A stretch of DNA of 64,000 nt. Origin: an uncultured Chloroflexia bacterium (lineage in GTDB: Bacteria; Chloroflexota; Limnocylindria; Limnocylindrales; CSP1-4). The translations under genes were made by a program, and so were the position numbers. The stretch spans positions 32,001 through 96,000 of the forward strand of contig CAVTHS010000010.1 in NCBI GenBank assembly GCA_963734535.1, read 5' to 3'. The notes under the pieces are model-generated. The model had not been told where the DNA came from. It worked only from the letters and a program-made list of their open reading frames with translations, and ran no database searches. Shown here piece by piece: positions 32,601-41,336 of this stretch. Position 1 is the first letter of the stretch. Every line of letters starts with the position of its first letter.

Positions 32601-33428
32601 TGCCGCGTCGGCAGCGGCACCTTCTGCCGCCTGCAACCCGTCGAGCGCCACGGCTGCCGCTCGCTGCGCACGTCCCAGGTCGAGATCGGCCGCGCGGTGA
32701 CCGGAGGCCGCCACGTGCCAGCGCGTCCCGAGGGCCGCGACCAGCGCGGCGGCAAGCTCCTCGCCGGCGCGCGCCCGGGTCGCCTGCTGCTCTGCCTGGG
32801 CGGCCAGGCGGCGCGCCTGGGGGCGCAGCTCGCCGAGGATGTCCTCGACCCGCGCGATGTTGGCGGTCGCCTCCTCCAGCTGCTCCTCCGCCTTCCGGCG
32901 ACGTCGCTCGTGGCGGCGCACCCCGGCCACTTCCTCGAACAGCGGCCGTCGCTCCTCCGGCCGCAGGGCGAGGGCCTGGTCGACCATTCCCTGCCCGATG
33001 AACAGGAAGGCGTTCTCCGCGAGATGGGCGGCGTCGAGGAGGTCGACCAGGTCGCGGAGTCGCACGCGCTGGCGGTTCACGAGGTAGTCGTTCTCGCCCG
33101 ACCGATAGAGGCGCCGGCCCAGCTCGAGCTGGGCGAAGTCGACCGGCACCAGCCCGTCGGCGTTGTCGAGGACGAGCGTGACGTCCGCCATCCCGAGCGC
33201 CGAGCGGCGCTCGGATCCCGCGAATACGACGTCCTCGGACTTGCGCGAGCGGATGGCGCGGCCCTGCTCGCCGAGGGCCCAGCGCAGCGCGTCGGCGAGG
33301 TTGCTCTTGCCCGAGCCGTTGGGGCCGACGACGGCATTGATCCCCGGCGCGAACTCGACCACGGTTCGCTCGGCGAACGACTTGAAGCCCTGGAGCCGCA
33401 GCGCGACGAGGCGTGCGTTCCGGCTCAC
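29670..33428 (-). CDS. smc: Chromosome segregation protein SMC
   Basis: LQGFKSFA, VGPNGSGKSN, long coiled coils, LSGGERAL, LDEVDAALDEAN, ITHN. Confidence 0.96.
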   Translation of the reverse strand: MSRNARLVALRLQGFKSFAERTVVEFAPGINAVVGPNGSGKSNLADALRWALGEQGRAIRSRKSEDVVFAGSERRSALGMADVTLVLDNADGLVPVDFAQLELGRRLYRSGENDYLVNRQRVRLRDLVDLLDAAHLAENAFLFIGQGMVDQALALRPEERRPLFEEVAGVRRHERRRRKAEEQLEEATANIARVEDILGELRPQARRLAAQAEQQATRARAGEELAAALVAALGTRWHVAASGHRAADLDLGRAQRAAAVALDGLQAAEGAAADAARDLGARAEVEQAARASHEGARASLAVLQLDAARASAEAAGIARDRDRLAAERAAAEAELAARRRELSLPVPEPDRALDEELADVDRTLAEARGEAQALRVATIARSEAAAALQRARVTRAAERDGLRQRLAEVDRRLADERAAAEVTGARSTNLGGEAGSLRELAEAARSEEAAAADARDGARAVAATAEAARLAAADASATAGALAATLRGRLAAVEASLAEDETRGIGRAARRLGGRAMAAGLDVDPALRVAVSAALGELARSYVVGRDGLDALSGERGLVVLGDAAGPGAARPPAAEVAAVRAGVERIGGGLLVDAVRVDAAGAASRILARCAWVPTLTDALEVASTLPAGWRVAARTGAVVTASGTVGLGIADAQLERRAEAESLGRDVGAAEVERAATIARLAAAEEAATTARAGHDAARRAEAEAAARRRAAEEAERRASRDVEQATREAGWHESRAAALGAERTALAERLAVLDAPGPGADATTTGAAAAAAGPAASNAADAPDAGAPSRDVDGALAAWEARVADLSGRHDRLSADRARRELERRAADDRRARADAAATLAEERISRADAEATALAVREEALEARRAAREVDLAAASAREEAARAALDLCLADDAADRDRLRRAETAVAGARDALRRAEELARAATVHELEARLGLDAVREQALVELAGLGDLGVRALAEDGDAPAEVARDARPDPGPDPDPGDDDGAQLAAALARAGERWAAAAPVAEGPPAGRLAGLRRRFHEMGAANPFAVEEHAAVRARLDELEGQRRDLDRAIDRTRALIAELDTLISAQFRATFLALEAAFDRRFQQLFGGGFAHLSLTDPTDLAATGVEIVARPPGKKAQALSMLSGGERALTAVALLFAMLEVRPVPFCVLDEVDAALDEANVGRFVDALRGLAASTQFVVITHNRGTIEAADALFGVTVGDDAVSRVISLRLDEATAIADRVARAGTRRERAAADAAPAG

Positions 33429-34210
33429 GACCCGGCGGGCTCCGCTGGGTCCGCCGGGTCGACGTTGTCCACCTCCTGGCGCCGCCCGAGGGTGGTGCGC
33501 CGCCCGAGCGCGTCCAGGCCGGCCTCCGCGGCGGCGGTCTGCGCGGCCCGCAGCGAGCTCCCGGTCCCGGTGCCGACCACCTCGCCGGCGACCGCAACCT
33601 CGATCACGAACTCGCGGGCGTGGTCCGGCCCCGACGACTGCACCACGCGATACTCCGGCCGCTCGCCGGAGCGCTGGGTCAGCTCCTGGAGCCGGTTCTT
33701 CGGGCTCTTGAAGGTGCCCGCCGGCGCGTCCGCCTCGAGCTCCGGCGCCGCCAGGTCCAGGAGCCAGGCGCGAACGCGGTCCCAGCCACGGTCCAGGAAG
33801 ATCGCCCCTGCGAGCGCTTCGAACGACGACGCCAGGAGCGCCTCCCGTGCGCGTCCGCCGCGCTGCTGCGCCTCGCCCTCGCCGAGCAGGATCGCGTCGC
33901 CCAGGTCGATGCGGCGGGCCAGTCGGGCGAGCCCGCTCGCGCTCACGATGGAGGCGCGGCGGGTCGAGAGGAAGCCCTCGTCGTCGGCCGGATGGCGGGC
34001 GTGGAGCGCCTCGGAGACGACGAGGCTGATCACGGAGTCGCCGAGGAACTCCAGGCGTTCGTTGTGGCCCGGCGTCGCGCCAGGGTGCTCATGGAGCCAG
34101 CTTCCGTGGACCAGGGCTCGCTCGAGCAGGCCAGGGTCGTCGAAGGGAATCCCGAGACGAGCGACGAGCGCCGCGGAGGTGTGCGAGACGGGCGGATCGT
34201 CTCCCGGCAA
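33425..34210 (-). CDS. rnc: Ribonuclease III
   Basis: NERLEFLGDS, FEALAGAIFLD, dsRBD KNRLQE..GPDH. Confidence 0.96.
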   Translation of the reverse strand: MPGDDPPVSHTSAALVARLGIPFDDPGLLERALVHGSWLHEHPGATPGHNERLEFLGDSVISLVVSEALHARHPADDEGFLSTRRASIVSASGLARLARRIDLGDAILLGEGEAQQRGGRAREALLASSFEALAGAIFLDRGWDRVRAWLLDLAAPELEADAPAGTFKSPKNRLQELTQRSGERPEYRVVQSSGPDHAREFVIEVAVAGEVVGTGTGSSLRAAQTAAAEAGLDALGRRTTLGRRQEVDNVDPADPAEPAGS

Positions 34211-34223
34211 TGGCCGGGCGCGT

Positions 34224-34460
34224 TCAGCTGGCGTGCTCGTCGATGTAGTCGGAAGCGTCCTGCACTGTCCGGATCTTCTCGGCTTCCTCGTCCGAGATCT
34301 CGATCCCGAACTCTTCCTCGAGGCTCATGATGAGCTCGACGAGGTCGAGCGAGTCCGCGTTCAGGTCATCGACGAACAAGGCCTCGGGCGTGACCTCCGT
34401 CTCGTCGACGCCGAGCTGCTCGACGACGATCTTCTTCAGCCGCTCGTAGGTGGTCGCCAC
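34224..34460 (-). CDS. acpP: Acyl carrier protein
   Basis: [22 protein letters not shown]. Confidence 0.97.
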   Translation of the reverse strand: MATTYERLKKIVVEQLGVDETEVTPEALFVDDLNADSLDLVELIMSLEEEFGIEISDEEAEKIRTVQDASDYIDEHAS

Positions 34461-34996
34461 TTGCCTGCACCCTCCTGGAGTCCTGCGCGTTCGTCGGGGT
34501 CTGGGTTGCGGTTGGGCTCATCGGAGCCACCGGCCGTGGTTTCCCTGGCGACGCGTCCGAGGACACCGTTCACCAGGCGTCGGGCCGGGTCTCCTCCATA
34601 CACCCTTGCCAGCTCGACCCATTCGGCGATCGCCACGCGGGCCGGCGTTGCGGGCGAGTGTAGCACCTCGGTAATGCCCAGACGGAGCAGGACGCGGTCC
34701 ATCCGGGCAAGCGTGACGACGGGGTATTGCGGGGCCGCGGCCTCGATTCGGGCGTCAACCTGCTCCCGGTTCTCGGCGACGGCGCGCACCAGCAGGCGGG
34801 CATGAACGGCCGTCTCCGGGTCGCCCTCCGTCTCCGCGAGATGGCGTTCGAGCACGGTGGCAGCGGTCCGCTGGCCGAACTCCGCCTCGAACAGCGAGGC
34901 GAGCGCGAGGCGGCGCGCCGCATGACGGGCGCGCGGCAGGTCGCCGCGGCCCCCGGTCCGCGCCGTCCGGGCAGCGCGATCGGCGGGACGGCTCAG
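34436..34996 (-). CDS. nusB: Transcription antitermination factor NusB (start codon uncertain, possibly CTG)
   Basis: [49 protein letters not shown]. Confidence 0.88.
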   Translation of the reverse strand: MSRPADRAARTARTGGRGDLPRARHAARRLALASLFEAEFGQRTAATVLERHLAETEGDPETAVHARLLVRAVAENREQVDARIEAAAPQYPVVTLARMDRVLLRLGITEVLHSPATPARVAIAEWVELARVYGGDPARRLVNGVLGRVARETTAGGSDEPNRNPDPDERAGLQEGAGKWRPPTSG

Positions 34997-35307
34997 GCAC
35001 CGACGCCGTCGACGACCACGCTGACCGCGCCCAACTCCAGGCCGAGCAGGCGCACGATCGCCGTGGCGACGGCGATCCGCACCTCGGCCGCAAGGTCGGG
35101 CAGGGGCTGCGCCGAACGCGCGACCACCACGACGCGCGCGTCCACGACGCCGTCGTGGAGCCGGATCCCGACCGCGCGTCCCGACAGGGCGCGGCGCCAG
35201 GCCGGGCCGCCCCGACCGACCCGCAGGACGCCGGGAACCTCGAGCGCCGCGCGCCGGACCACGTCGCGAACGACGGGGTGGCTCACGGCAAGACCGGGCG
35301 CATTCAT
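34993..35307 (-). CDS. Asp23/Gls24 family protein (YqhY-like)
   Basis: VVRDVVRRAALEVPGV...LAAEVRIAV...LLGLELGAVSVVVDGV; lies upstream of nusB. Confidence 0.8.
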   Translation of the reverse strand: MNAPGLAVSHPVVRDVVRRAALEVPGVLRVGRGGPAWRRALSGRAVGIRLHDGVVDARVVVVARSAQPLPDLAAEVRIAVATAIVRLLGLELGAVSVVVDGVGA

Positions 35308-36416
35308 GCGGGAGTCCCGGCCGCAGGCGGCGGCACCGTCGAGCCAACCGGCTCCGTGGCGACCGCGTCGCGCGGGGCCTCGGCCGCAGCGGGCCGCCGG
35401 AAGGTCTCGCCGATCAGCTCCGGCAAGCGCCCCCGGGCTGACGCCGCGCCGACGGCGATCGCGTGCTTCACCATCCGCCGCTTGGCCCGGCCGTGGGTGA
35501 TGATCACCGTGCCTCGCACCCCGAGAAGCGGCGATCCACCCAGGACCTCGTAGTCGAAGGTGGCCCGGATCCGGGCGATCCCCGGCCGCATGAGGAGGTA
35601 GGCGAGACGGCCGCGCAGACCTCGCGAGAACTCCTTTCTCCACAGGTCGAAGATGAACCCGGAGAGGCCCTCGAAGAACTTGATCGTGACGTTCCCGAGG
35701 ACCGCGTCGCACACGACGACGTCCGCCGGATGGTGAACCAGGTCCTTGCCTTCCACGTTGCCCGTGAAGTTGAGGCCCGACGCGTCGAGGAGCTCGCTCG
35801 CGCCCTGGATCCTGAGGTCGCCCTTCCCCTTCTCCTCGCCGATGGAGAGGAGCGCCACCCGCGGACGCACAACGCCGAGCGCTCGCTCCGCGAACAGCGA
35901 TCCCATGTGCGCGTACTGGAGCAGGTTCTCCGCGGTCGAATCCGGGTTGGCCCCGATGTCGAGCAGCACGAACGGGCCGGATTCGGTGATGAGCTGGACG
36001 GCGAGCGCGGGGCGATCGACCCCGGGGACCCGCCCGAGGCGCAGGACGGCCGCGGCCATCGCCGCCCCGGTGTGACCGGCCGTGATCACCGCGTCCGCCT
36101 GGCCGTGCTTCACGAGGTCGCACGCGACGAGGATCGATGCGTCGCGCTTCTCGCGCAGCGCCATGGCCGGGTGCTCGTGCATCTCGATGACCTGGCTCGC
36201 GGGGTGGAGCGTGACGTTGGCCGGCAGGGCTGGGCCGGCGAGCGCACGCACGCGATCCGCGTCGCCGACGAGGATCAGCTCGTCGTCGGGGCGCTCGGCC
36301 GCGTAGAGGAGGGTGCCCGCAACGACCTCGTCCGGCGCATGGTCGCCCCCCATCGCGTCGATCGCGAGGCGAACCTTCCGAGCGTGCTCGACGCCGCGGA
36401 CGGTCGTGAGATCCAT
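35304..36416 (-). CDS. plsX: Phosphate acyltransferase PlsX
   Basis: AIDAMGGDHAP, AGHTGA, RPALA, LDIGAN, GNVEG, VVCD, THGRA. Confidence 0.95.
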   Translation of the reverse strand: MDLTTVRGVEHARKVRLAIDAMGGDHAPDEVVAGTLLYAAERPDDELILVGDADRVRALAGPALPANVTLHPASQVIEMHEHPAMALREKRDASILVACDLVKHGQADAVITAGHTGAAMAAAVLRLGRVPGVDRPALAVQLITESGPFVLLDIGANPDSTAENLLQYAHMGSLFAERALGVVRPRVALLSIGEEKGKGDLRIQGASELLDASGLNFTGNVEGKDLVHHPADVVVCDAVLGNVTIKFFEGLSGFIFDLWRKEFSRGLRGRLAYLLMRPGIARIRATFDYEVLGGSPLLGVRGTVIITHGRAKRRMVKHAIAVGAASARGRLPELIGETFRRPAAAEAPRDAVATEPVGSTVPPPAAGTPA

Positions 36417-36465
36417 CGGCGGGCTCCGTGGTGGTGGCGCCTGGAAGGTGACGCCGGCCCGGCCG

Positions 36466-36666
36466 TCAGGAGGCGGCCTCGCCGCCCTTCTTCTTGAGCT
36501 CCATCACGACGCGGCCACGGTAGTAGCCGCAGTTCGGGCAGGCATGATGGGAGCGCCGCATCTGGTGGCAGTGCGAGCACTCGACGAGGCTGGGCGCGGT
36601 GAGCGCGAGGTGCGCGCGTCGGTCGCCCTGCCGGGCGTGCGAGACCTTGCGCTTCGGGAGACCCAT
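36466..36666 (-). CDS. rpmF: 50S ribosomal protein L32 (zinc-binding form)
   Basis: MGLPKRKVSHARQGDRR...CSHC...HHACPNCGYY; TACACT -10 at 36772-36777. Confidence 0.96.
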   Translation of the reverse strand: MGLPKRKVSHARQGDRRAHLALTAPSLVECSHCHQMRRSHHACPNCGYYRGRVVMELKKKGGEAAS

Positions 36667-36784
36667 CGGGGTGGTCGCTCCTCTGGTATCGGGCGGCGCG
36701 CGAGCGCGGGAGCCGCCTGGGGCGTCGGGATGTGGACGCGTCATCGCTGCCGCGTGACGGGCCGAAGGCGGAGTGTAGCGGGTT

Positions 36785-37342
36785 TCAGGCCTCCGCGTCT
36801 GGGTGGAAGTCGCGGAGCCCTTCAAGGCGCGGATCGACGGCGTCGTCCGCGTGGGAATGCGGGCCGAGGTTCCGGTCCACGCCGCACAGCGGGCACAGGC
36901 CCAGGCAATCCGGGCGGCAGAGCGGGACGATCGGCGCCGCGAGCTGGATGGCCTCGCGAACCGGCGTCTCGAGGTCCATCTCGTGGTGGTCCGTGAGGCG
37001 CGGGACCTCGGGCTCCAGGTTCCGGTCGAGCGCCTGCCCGGTCCCGATGTCGAGGCTGGGCAGGAACTCCTCCTCGAACGTGAGGTCGAGCGGCAGGCGG
37101 ACAGGCTCCAGGCAGCGGCCGCAGGTATCCGCGAGAGCCGTCGCGACGTGCCCGGTGATGAGGAGGCCCCGGTTCGTCCGCCGGACGTGAGCCCCGCCCG
37201 TGATGGGGTCAGCCTGCACGAGGTCCTCCCCCAGCGAGATCGTGACGTTCTCGAACGTGAGGTCGCGAAACGCGCCGGGCGGGTCCCCCAGCAGTCCGGC
37301 GACGTTGAAGAGGAGCGGCCGGTCGAGGGATCCGACCGTCAC
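36785..37342 (-). CDS. yceD: YceD/DUF177 family protein
   Basis: CGRCL, PLCRPDCLGLCPLCG, DPRL; lies upstream of rpmF. Confidence 0.92.
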   Translation of the reverse strand: MTVGSLDRPLLFNVAGLLGDPPGAFRDLTFENVTISLGEDLVQADPITGGAHVRRTNRGLLITGHVATALADTCGRCLEPVRLPLDLTFEEEFLPSLDIGTGQALDRNLEPEVPRLTDHHEMDLETPVREAIQLAAPIVPLCRPDCLGLCPLCGVDRNLGPHSHADDAVDPRLEGLRDFHPDAEA

Positions 37343-37866
37343 CGAGCCAGGCCGCGGTCGCTCGCGACCACGTCGAGATCCTCGTCGTACGGCTGACCGT
37401 CCGCCGTGTCGGGCACCGGAGCGCGCCGCTCGTCGAGCAGCTCGATGCCGGCACGGATGCTCTGGAGCGCCTTGACAACCTCGCCCTCGAGGTGCACGAG
37501 GACGTCCGCGGCGTACTCGTCAGAGCCGCGCCGGATCTCGGCAGCCTCCGCGAGCGCCTCGTCGACGATCCGTCGCCCATCCGCCTCGGCGGCCTCGGTC
37601 AGGCCCCGCTCGTCGATCAGGAAGGCGGCCTGCTCCTGGGCCTTGGCAACGATCCGCTCGGACTCCTGCTGCGCCCGCTCGAGGATCCGCTCCCCCTCGG
37701 CGTTGATCCGACGGGCGGACTGCACCTCCTCGGGCACCGCGTGGCGCAGCTCGTCCACGAGGTCGAGGGCCGCGGCCTGGTCCACGACGACGTTCGACGT
37801 CAGGGGCAGCTTCCTCCCGTTGGCGATCATCGCCTCGAGGCGCTCGACGAAGAACATGATGTCGAT
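37339..37866 (-). CDS. Coiled-coil protein, SepIVA/Rv2927c (DivIVA-like) family
   Basis: (I)DIMFFVERLE..ANGRKLPLTSNVVVD...LVDELR..VPEE..A heptad repeats; position coaD-X-yceD. Confidence 0.75.
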   Translation of the reverse strand: MDIMFFVERLEAMIANGRKLPLTSNVVVDQAAALDLVDELRHAVPEEVQSARRINAEGERILERAQQESERIVAKAQEQAAFLIDERGLTEAAEADGRRIVDEALAEAAEIRRGSDEYAADVLVHLEGEVVKALQSIRAGIELLDERRAPVPDTADGQPYDEDLDVVASDRGLAR

Positions 37867-37937
37867 GGGACCGCCCTCCGAGCGCGGGCGTGGAGGTCGC
37901 CCGATCTGAGCCGGATCGTCGCCCAGCCTGGTCCCGA

Positions 37938-38456
37938 TTATCGCACGCGGGAGGGCGCTCCCTCGGCCACGGCCGCCGTGACCAGGCGAACGGCGACGGA
38001 CGGCGGGACCATCCCGGTCGGGTCGCCCCCGAAACGGACGATCTCCCGCACGAGGCTGGACGAGAGATAGCCGTATTCGAGAGCCGTCATGAAGAAGACC
38101 GTGTCGATCTCGGGAGCCAGCCGGTGGTTCATGTGGGCCATCTGCAGCTCCGCCTCGAAGTCGCTCACGGCCCGCAGGCCGCGGATGATCGAGCCCGCGC
38201 CGACCTCGCGACAGGCCTCGACGGTCAGGCCGGCGAACGGGCGGACGTCGACGCGCGCGGCGCATTCCGGGAGCGCCTCGCCGACGCCGGAGACGATGGC
38301 ATCGACGCGCTCGGCGACGTCGAGCATGGGCGCCTTCTTCGGATTGACCAACACCGCGACGACGACCTGGTCGAAGACCGCCAGCGAGCGACGCAGCACG
38401 TCCAGGTGCCCGAGCGTGATCGGGTCGAACGAGCCGGGGTAGACCGCGACACGCAT
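37938..38456 (-). CDS. coaD: Phosphopantetheine adenylyltransferase
   Basis: YPGSFDPITLGH, IRGLRAVSDFE, LSSSLVRE. Confidence 0.97.
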   Translation of the reverse strand: MRVAVYPGSFDPITLGHLDVLRRSLAVFDQVVVAVLVNPKKAPMLDVAERVDAIVSGVGEALPECAARVDVRPFAGLTVEACREVGAGSIIRGLRAVSDFEAELQMAHMNHRLAPEIDTVFFMTALEYGYLSSSLVREIVRFGGDPTGMVPPSVAVRLVTAAVAEGAPSRVR

Positions 38457-38469
38457 GGCACGCTCCGCC

Positions 38470-39069
38470 TCAGGCGCCGGATGACGGTGGCACGTCCTCC
38501 GGTGCGGCGCGCCGGTAGAAGACGACCAGGGTCTCGCCGAATCGGCGCTCCCGGGTCGATCCTAGCAGCCCGGCGACCGCCGGCGGAGGTCGCTTGCCGA
38601 ACGCCGTCGCCACCACCACCCCACCCGGGCCGAGTGGACCATCGGCGGCTCCCAGCGCGAGGAGGCACGCCTCTCGGAGGGCGTCGTCCACGTACGGCGG
38701 GTCGAGGATCACGACGTCGAACGGGCCGTCGAGGGCGGCGGCCCCCCGAAGGTAGGCGAGCGCGTCGGCGCGCACGACGCGGGCCCGGTCGGCGACGGCC
38801 GCCCGGCGGAGGTTCTCGGCGATGACCCGGCAGGTCCCCGGATCGTGCTCGACGAGGATCGCGTGCCGGGATCCCCGGGAGAGCGCCTCGATCGCGGCGC
38901 CGCCGCTCCCGGCGCACAGGTCCAGGACCGCGGCATCCTGGAGCGACGGCTCCAGCGCCCCGAAGACCGCCTGCTTCACGCGGTCTCCGAGCGGCCGCGT
39001 GGCGCTGCCCGGGGCGGCCAGCCGGACGCCGCGGGCGGAGCCGGCGATCACGCGCCCCGCGTCCCCCAC
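38470..39069 (-). CDS. rsmD: 16S rRNA (guanine966-N2)-methyltransferase
   Basis: RVIAG.ARG, TRPLGDRVK, LDLCAGSG, EALSRG, DPPY. Confidence 0.93.
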   Translation of the reverse strand: MGDAGRVIAGSARGVRLAAPGSATRPLGDRVKQAVFGALEPSLQDAAVLDLCAGSGGAAIEALSRGSRHAILVEHDPGTCRVIAENLRRAAVADRARVVRADALAYLRGAAALDGPFDVVILDPPYVDDALREACLLALGAADGPLGPGGVVVATAFGKRPPPAVAGLLGSTRERRFGETLVVFYRRAAPEDVPPSSGA

Positions 39070-39071
39070 CG

Positions 39072-41330
39072 CTACGCGCCCGTGGCCGGCTCGCCGGCCG
39101 CGACGTCGCGGAGCCAGCCGTGCTCGAGCTCAGCAGCGAACACCGCCCCGGCCGCGCCGAGTCCGCCGCCCGCGAGCACGAGCGCCTCCGCGTGCCGGCG
39201 CGCGGCCACCGCGAGCTCCCGATGCTCCGGCTTCGTGAGCGTTGCGACCCGGAGCCGCGGCAGGCCGTGCTGGACGTATCCGAGCACGTCGCCCTCGCGG
39301 CGCTGCTCGAAGTCGACCTCGGCGAGCGCGAAGCCGTCGTTGAGCCGCGCCACCGCGGCAAGGCGCACCTGCTCCGGCCCGTCCGGCTCGAGCTCGCCGC
39401 GCTCGAGCGCCGCGGCACGCCGCTCGTCGGCGGGCAGCCGGTCGCTCACGAGGACGCACCATCCCTGGTCGCCGGCGCGCCCCACCCGGCCCCGGAGCTG
39501 GTGGAGCTGGGCAAGGCCGAAGCGGTCGGCGCCCTCGATCACCATCACGCTCGCCGCCGGGATGTCCACGCCGACCTCGACGACCGTGGTCCCGACCAGC
39601 ACGTCCGCCGCCCCGTCCCGGAAGCGCGCCATCGCCGCGTCCCGGTCCGCCGGCCGGAGGCGGCCGTGCACCAGCTCCACGATGAGCTGTCGCTCGAGGC
39701 CGGCGGCCTCGAGCCGCGCCGGATCGTTGAGGAGGGCGCGGAGGCGCACCACCTCGGCCTCGGCTCCGGCCACGTCGTCCGGCGCCTCCTCCGTGTCGTC
39801 CGCCTCGTCGATGTGCGGGACGACCACGAACGTCTGCCGCCCGGCGGCGGCCTCGCGGGCCACGAATGTCCAGAGCCGCTCGAGGTGATCCGGGTGCCGG
39901 AGGCCGGTGCGGATCGGCAGGCGCCCGGTCGGGACGGTGCGCAGGTCGGTCACGTCGAGGTCCGCGTAGAGCACCTGCCCGATCGTGCGCGGGATCGGCG
40001 TCGCGGTCATCAGGAGCACGTGGGCGGCCCCTGCCCGCGTCTTTGCTTCGAGCGCGCCACGCTGCTCGACGCCGAAGCGGTGCTGCTCGTCCACCACCAC
40101 GAGGCCGAGGCGCGCATACGAGACCTTCTCGGAGAAGAGCGCGTGCGTCCCGACGACCACGTCCGCCCGCCCGTCCGCCACGGCCTCCAGGACGCGCCGC
40201 GACTCGGCGCCCGCGAGGGAGCCCGTGAGGAGCTCCACGGCGATGCCGAGCGGCCGGAGCAGGTCGTCGAGGGTGGCCGCGTGCTGGCGCGCCAGGAGAT
40301 CGGTGGGGGCCAGGAGCGCGCCCTGGACGCCCGCCCCCACCGCGAGCGCGAGGGCGTACGCGGCGACCACCGTCTTGCCCGACCCGACGTCCCCCTGCAG
40401 CAGGCGGAGCATGGGGTGCGGGCCCCGGACGTCATCGCGGACCACGTCCATCGCGCGGTGCTGATCGTCCGTGAGCTCAACCTCGCGCCCGAGGCGTCGC
40501 CCCAGCGCAGCGGCGAGCTCGCGCCTGATGTCCGTGTCGCGGGCCGGGGCGCTGTCGATCGAGACCGAGGCCGCCACGGCGCGCTCCCGGCGCCGCCCGA
40601 CCATGCCGACCTGGAGGGCCAGCAGCTCGTCGAAGGCGAGCCGCCGGAGCGCCGCGTCCCGGAGCGCGAACGTGTCCGGGAAGTGGACCTGGGCCAGCGC
40701 CTCCCCGATGCCGACCAGGCCCAGCTCGTCGCGGATGGGGGCGCCCAGGTATTCCTCGTACCCGGGCAGCCGGTCCAGCGCGGCGCGCATCGCCGCCCGC
40801 AAGGTCCGGATCGGCAGACCGGCCGTGAGGCGGTAGACCGGCACGATCCGGCCGACGTGAACGAGGTCGCCTTCCGGCGGCTGGAAGGCCGGGTTGTCCA
40901 GGAGCACGCTCGCGCCGCGCTTCTTGAGCTTGCCCGAGAACAGCAGCTCGTCACCCTCGTGGAGGCGCCGCTCGACGTACTGCCGGCCGTACCACTGGGC
41001 CTCGGCCGTCCCGGTCCCGTCCACGAGGTCGGCCGTGACGACGCGGATGCCGCGACGCGCCGTTCGGCCCGCCCGGACCCGCACGACGGTTGCGCGGGCG
41101 CTCACGATCGTGTCGGGCTCCAGGAAGCGCAGCGCGTGCAGGTCGTGCAGGATCCGCAGGTCGTCGTACCGACGCGGCAGCCAGAGCAGGAGATCGCGCA
41201 CGGTCCGCAGCCCGATCCGCGCTCCGACGCGCTTGAGGACGCTGGCGCCGGGCAGACCGCTCGCCTGGAGCGGAACGCCGAACGGATCGTCCGGCACGGC
41301 CGTCTCGGGCAGCGGCCGGGCGGTCCCCAC
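39072..41330 (-). CDS. recG: ATP-dependent DNA helicase RecG
   Basis: LLQGDVGSGKT, DEQHRFGV, MTATPIPRT, QLHQLRGRVGR. Confidence 0.96.
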   Translation of the reverse strand: MGTARPLPETAVPDDPFGVPLQASGLPGASVLKRVGARIGLRTVRDLLLWLPRRYDDLRILHDLHALRFLEPDTIVSARATVVRVRAGRTARRGIRVVTADLVDGTGTAEAQWYGRQYVERRLHEGDELLFSGKLKKRGASVLLDNPAFQPPEGDLVHVGRIVPVYRLTAGLPIRTLRAAMRAALDRLPGYEEYLGAPIRDELGLVGIGEALAQVHFPDTFALRDAALRRLAFDELLALQVGMVGRRRERAVAASVSIDSAPARDTDIRRELAAALGRRLGREVELTDDQHRAMDVVRDDVRGPHPMLRLLQGDVGSGKTVVAAYALALAVGAGVQGALLAPTDLLARQHAATLDDLLRPLGIAVELLTGSLAGAESRRVLEAVADGRADVVVGTHALFSEKVSYARLGLVVVDEQHRFGVEQRGALEAKTRAGAAHVLLMTATPIPRTIGQVLYADLDVTDLRTVPTGRLPIRTGLRHPDHLERLWTFVAREAAAGRQTFVVVPHIDEADDTEEAPDDVAGAEAEVVRLRALLNDPARLEAAGLERQLIVELVHGRLRPADRDAAMARFRDGAADVLVGTTVVEVGVDIPAASVMVIEGADRFGLAQLHQLRGRVGRAGDQGWCVLVSDRLPADERRAAALERGELEPDGPEQVRLAAVARLNDGFALAEVDFEQRREGDVLGYVQHGLPRLRVATLTKPEHRELAVAARRHAEALVLAGGGLGAAGAVFAAELEHGWLRDVAAGEPATGA

Positions 41331-41336
41331 CCTTCC

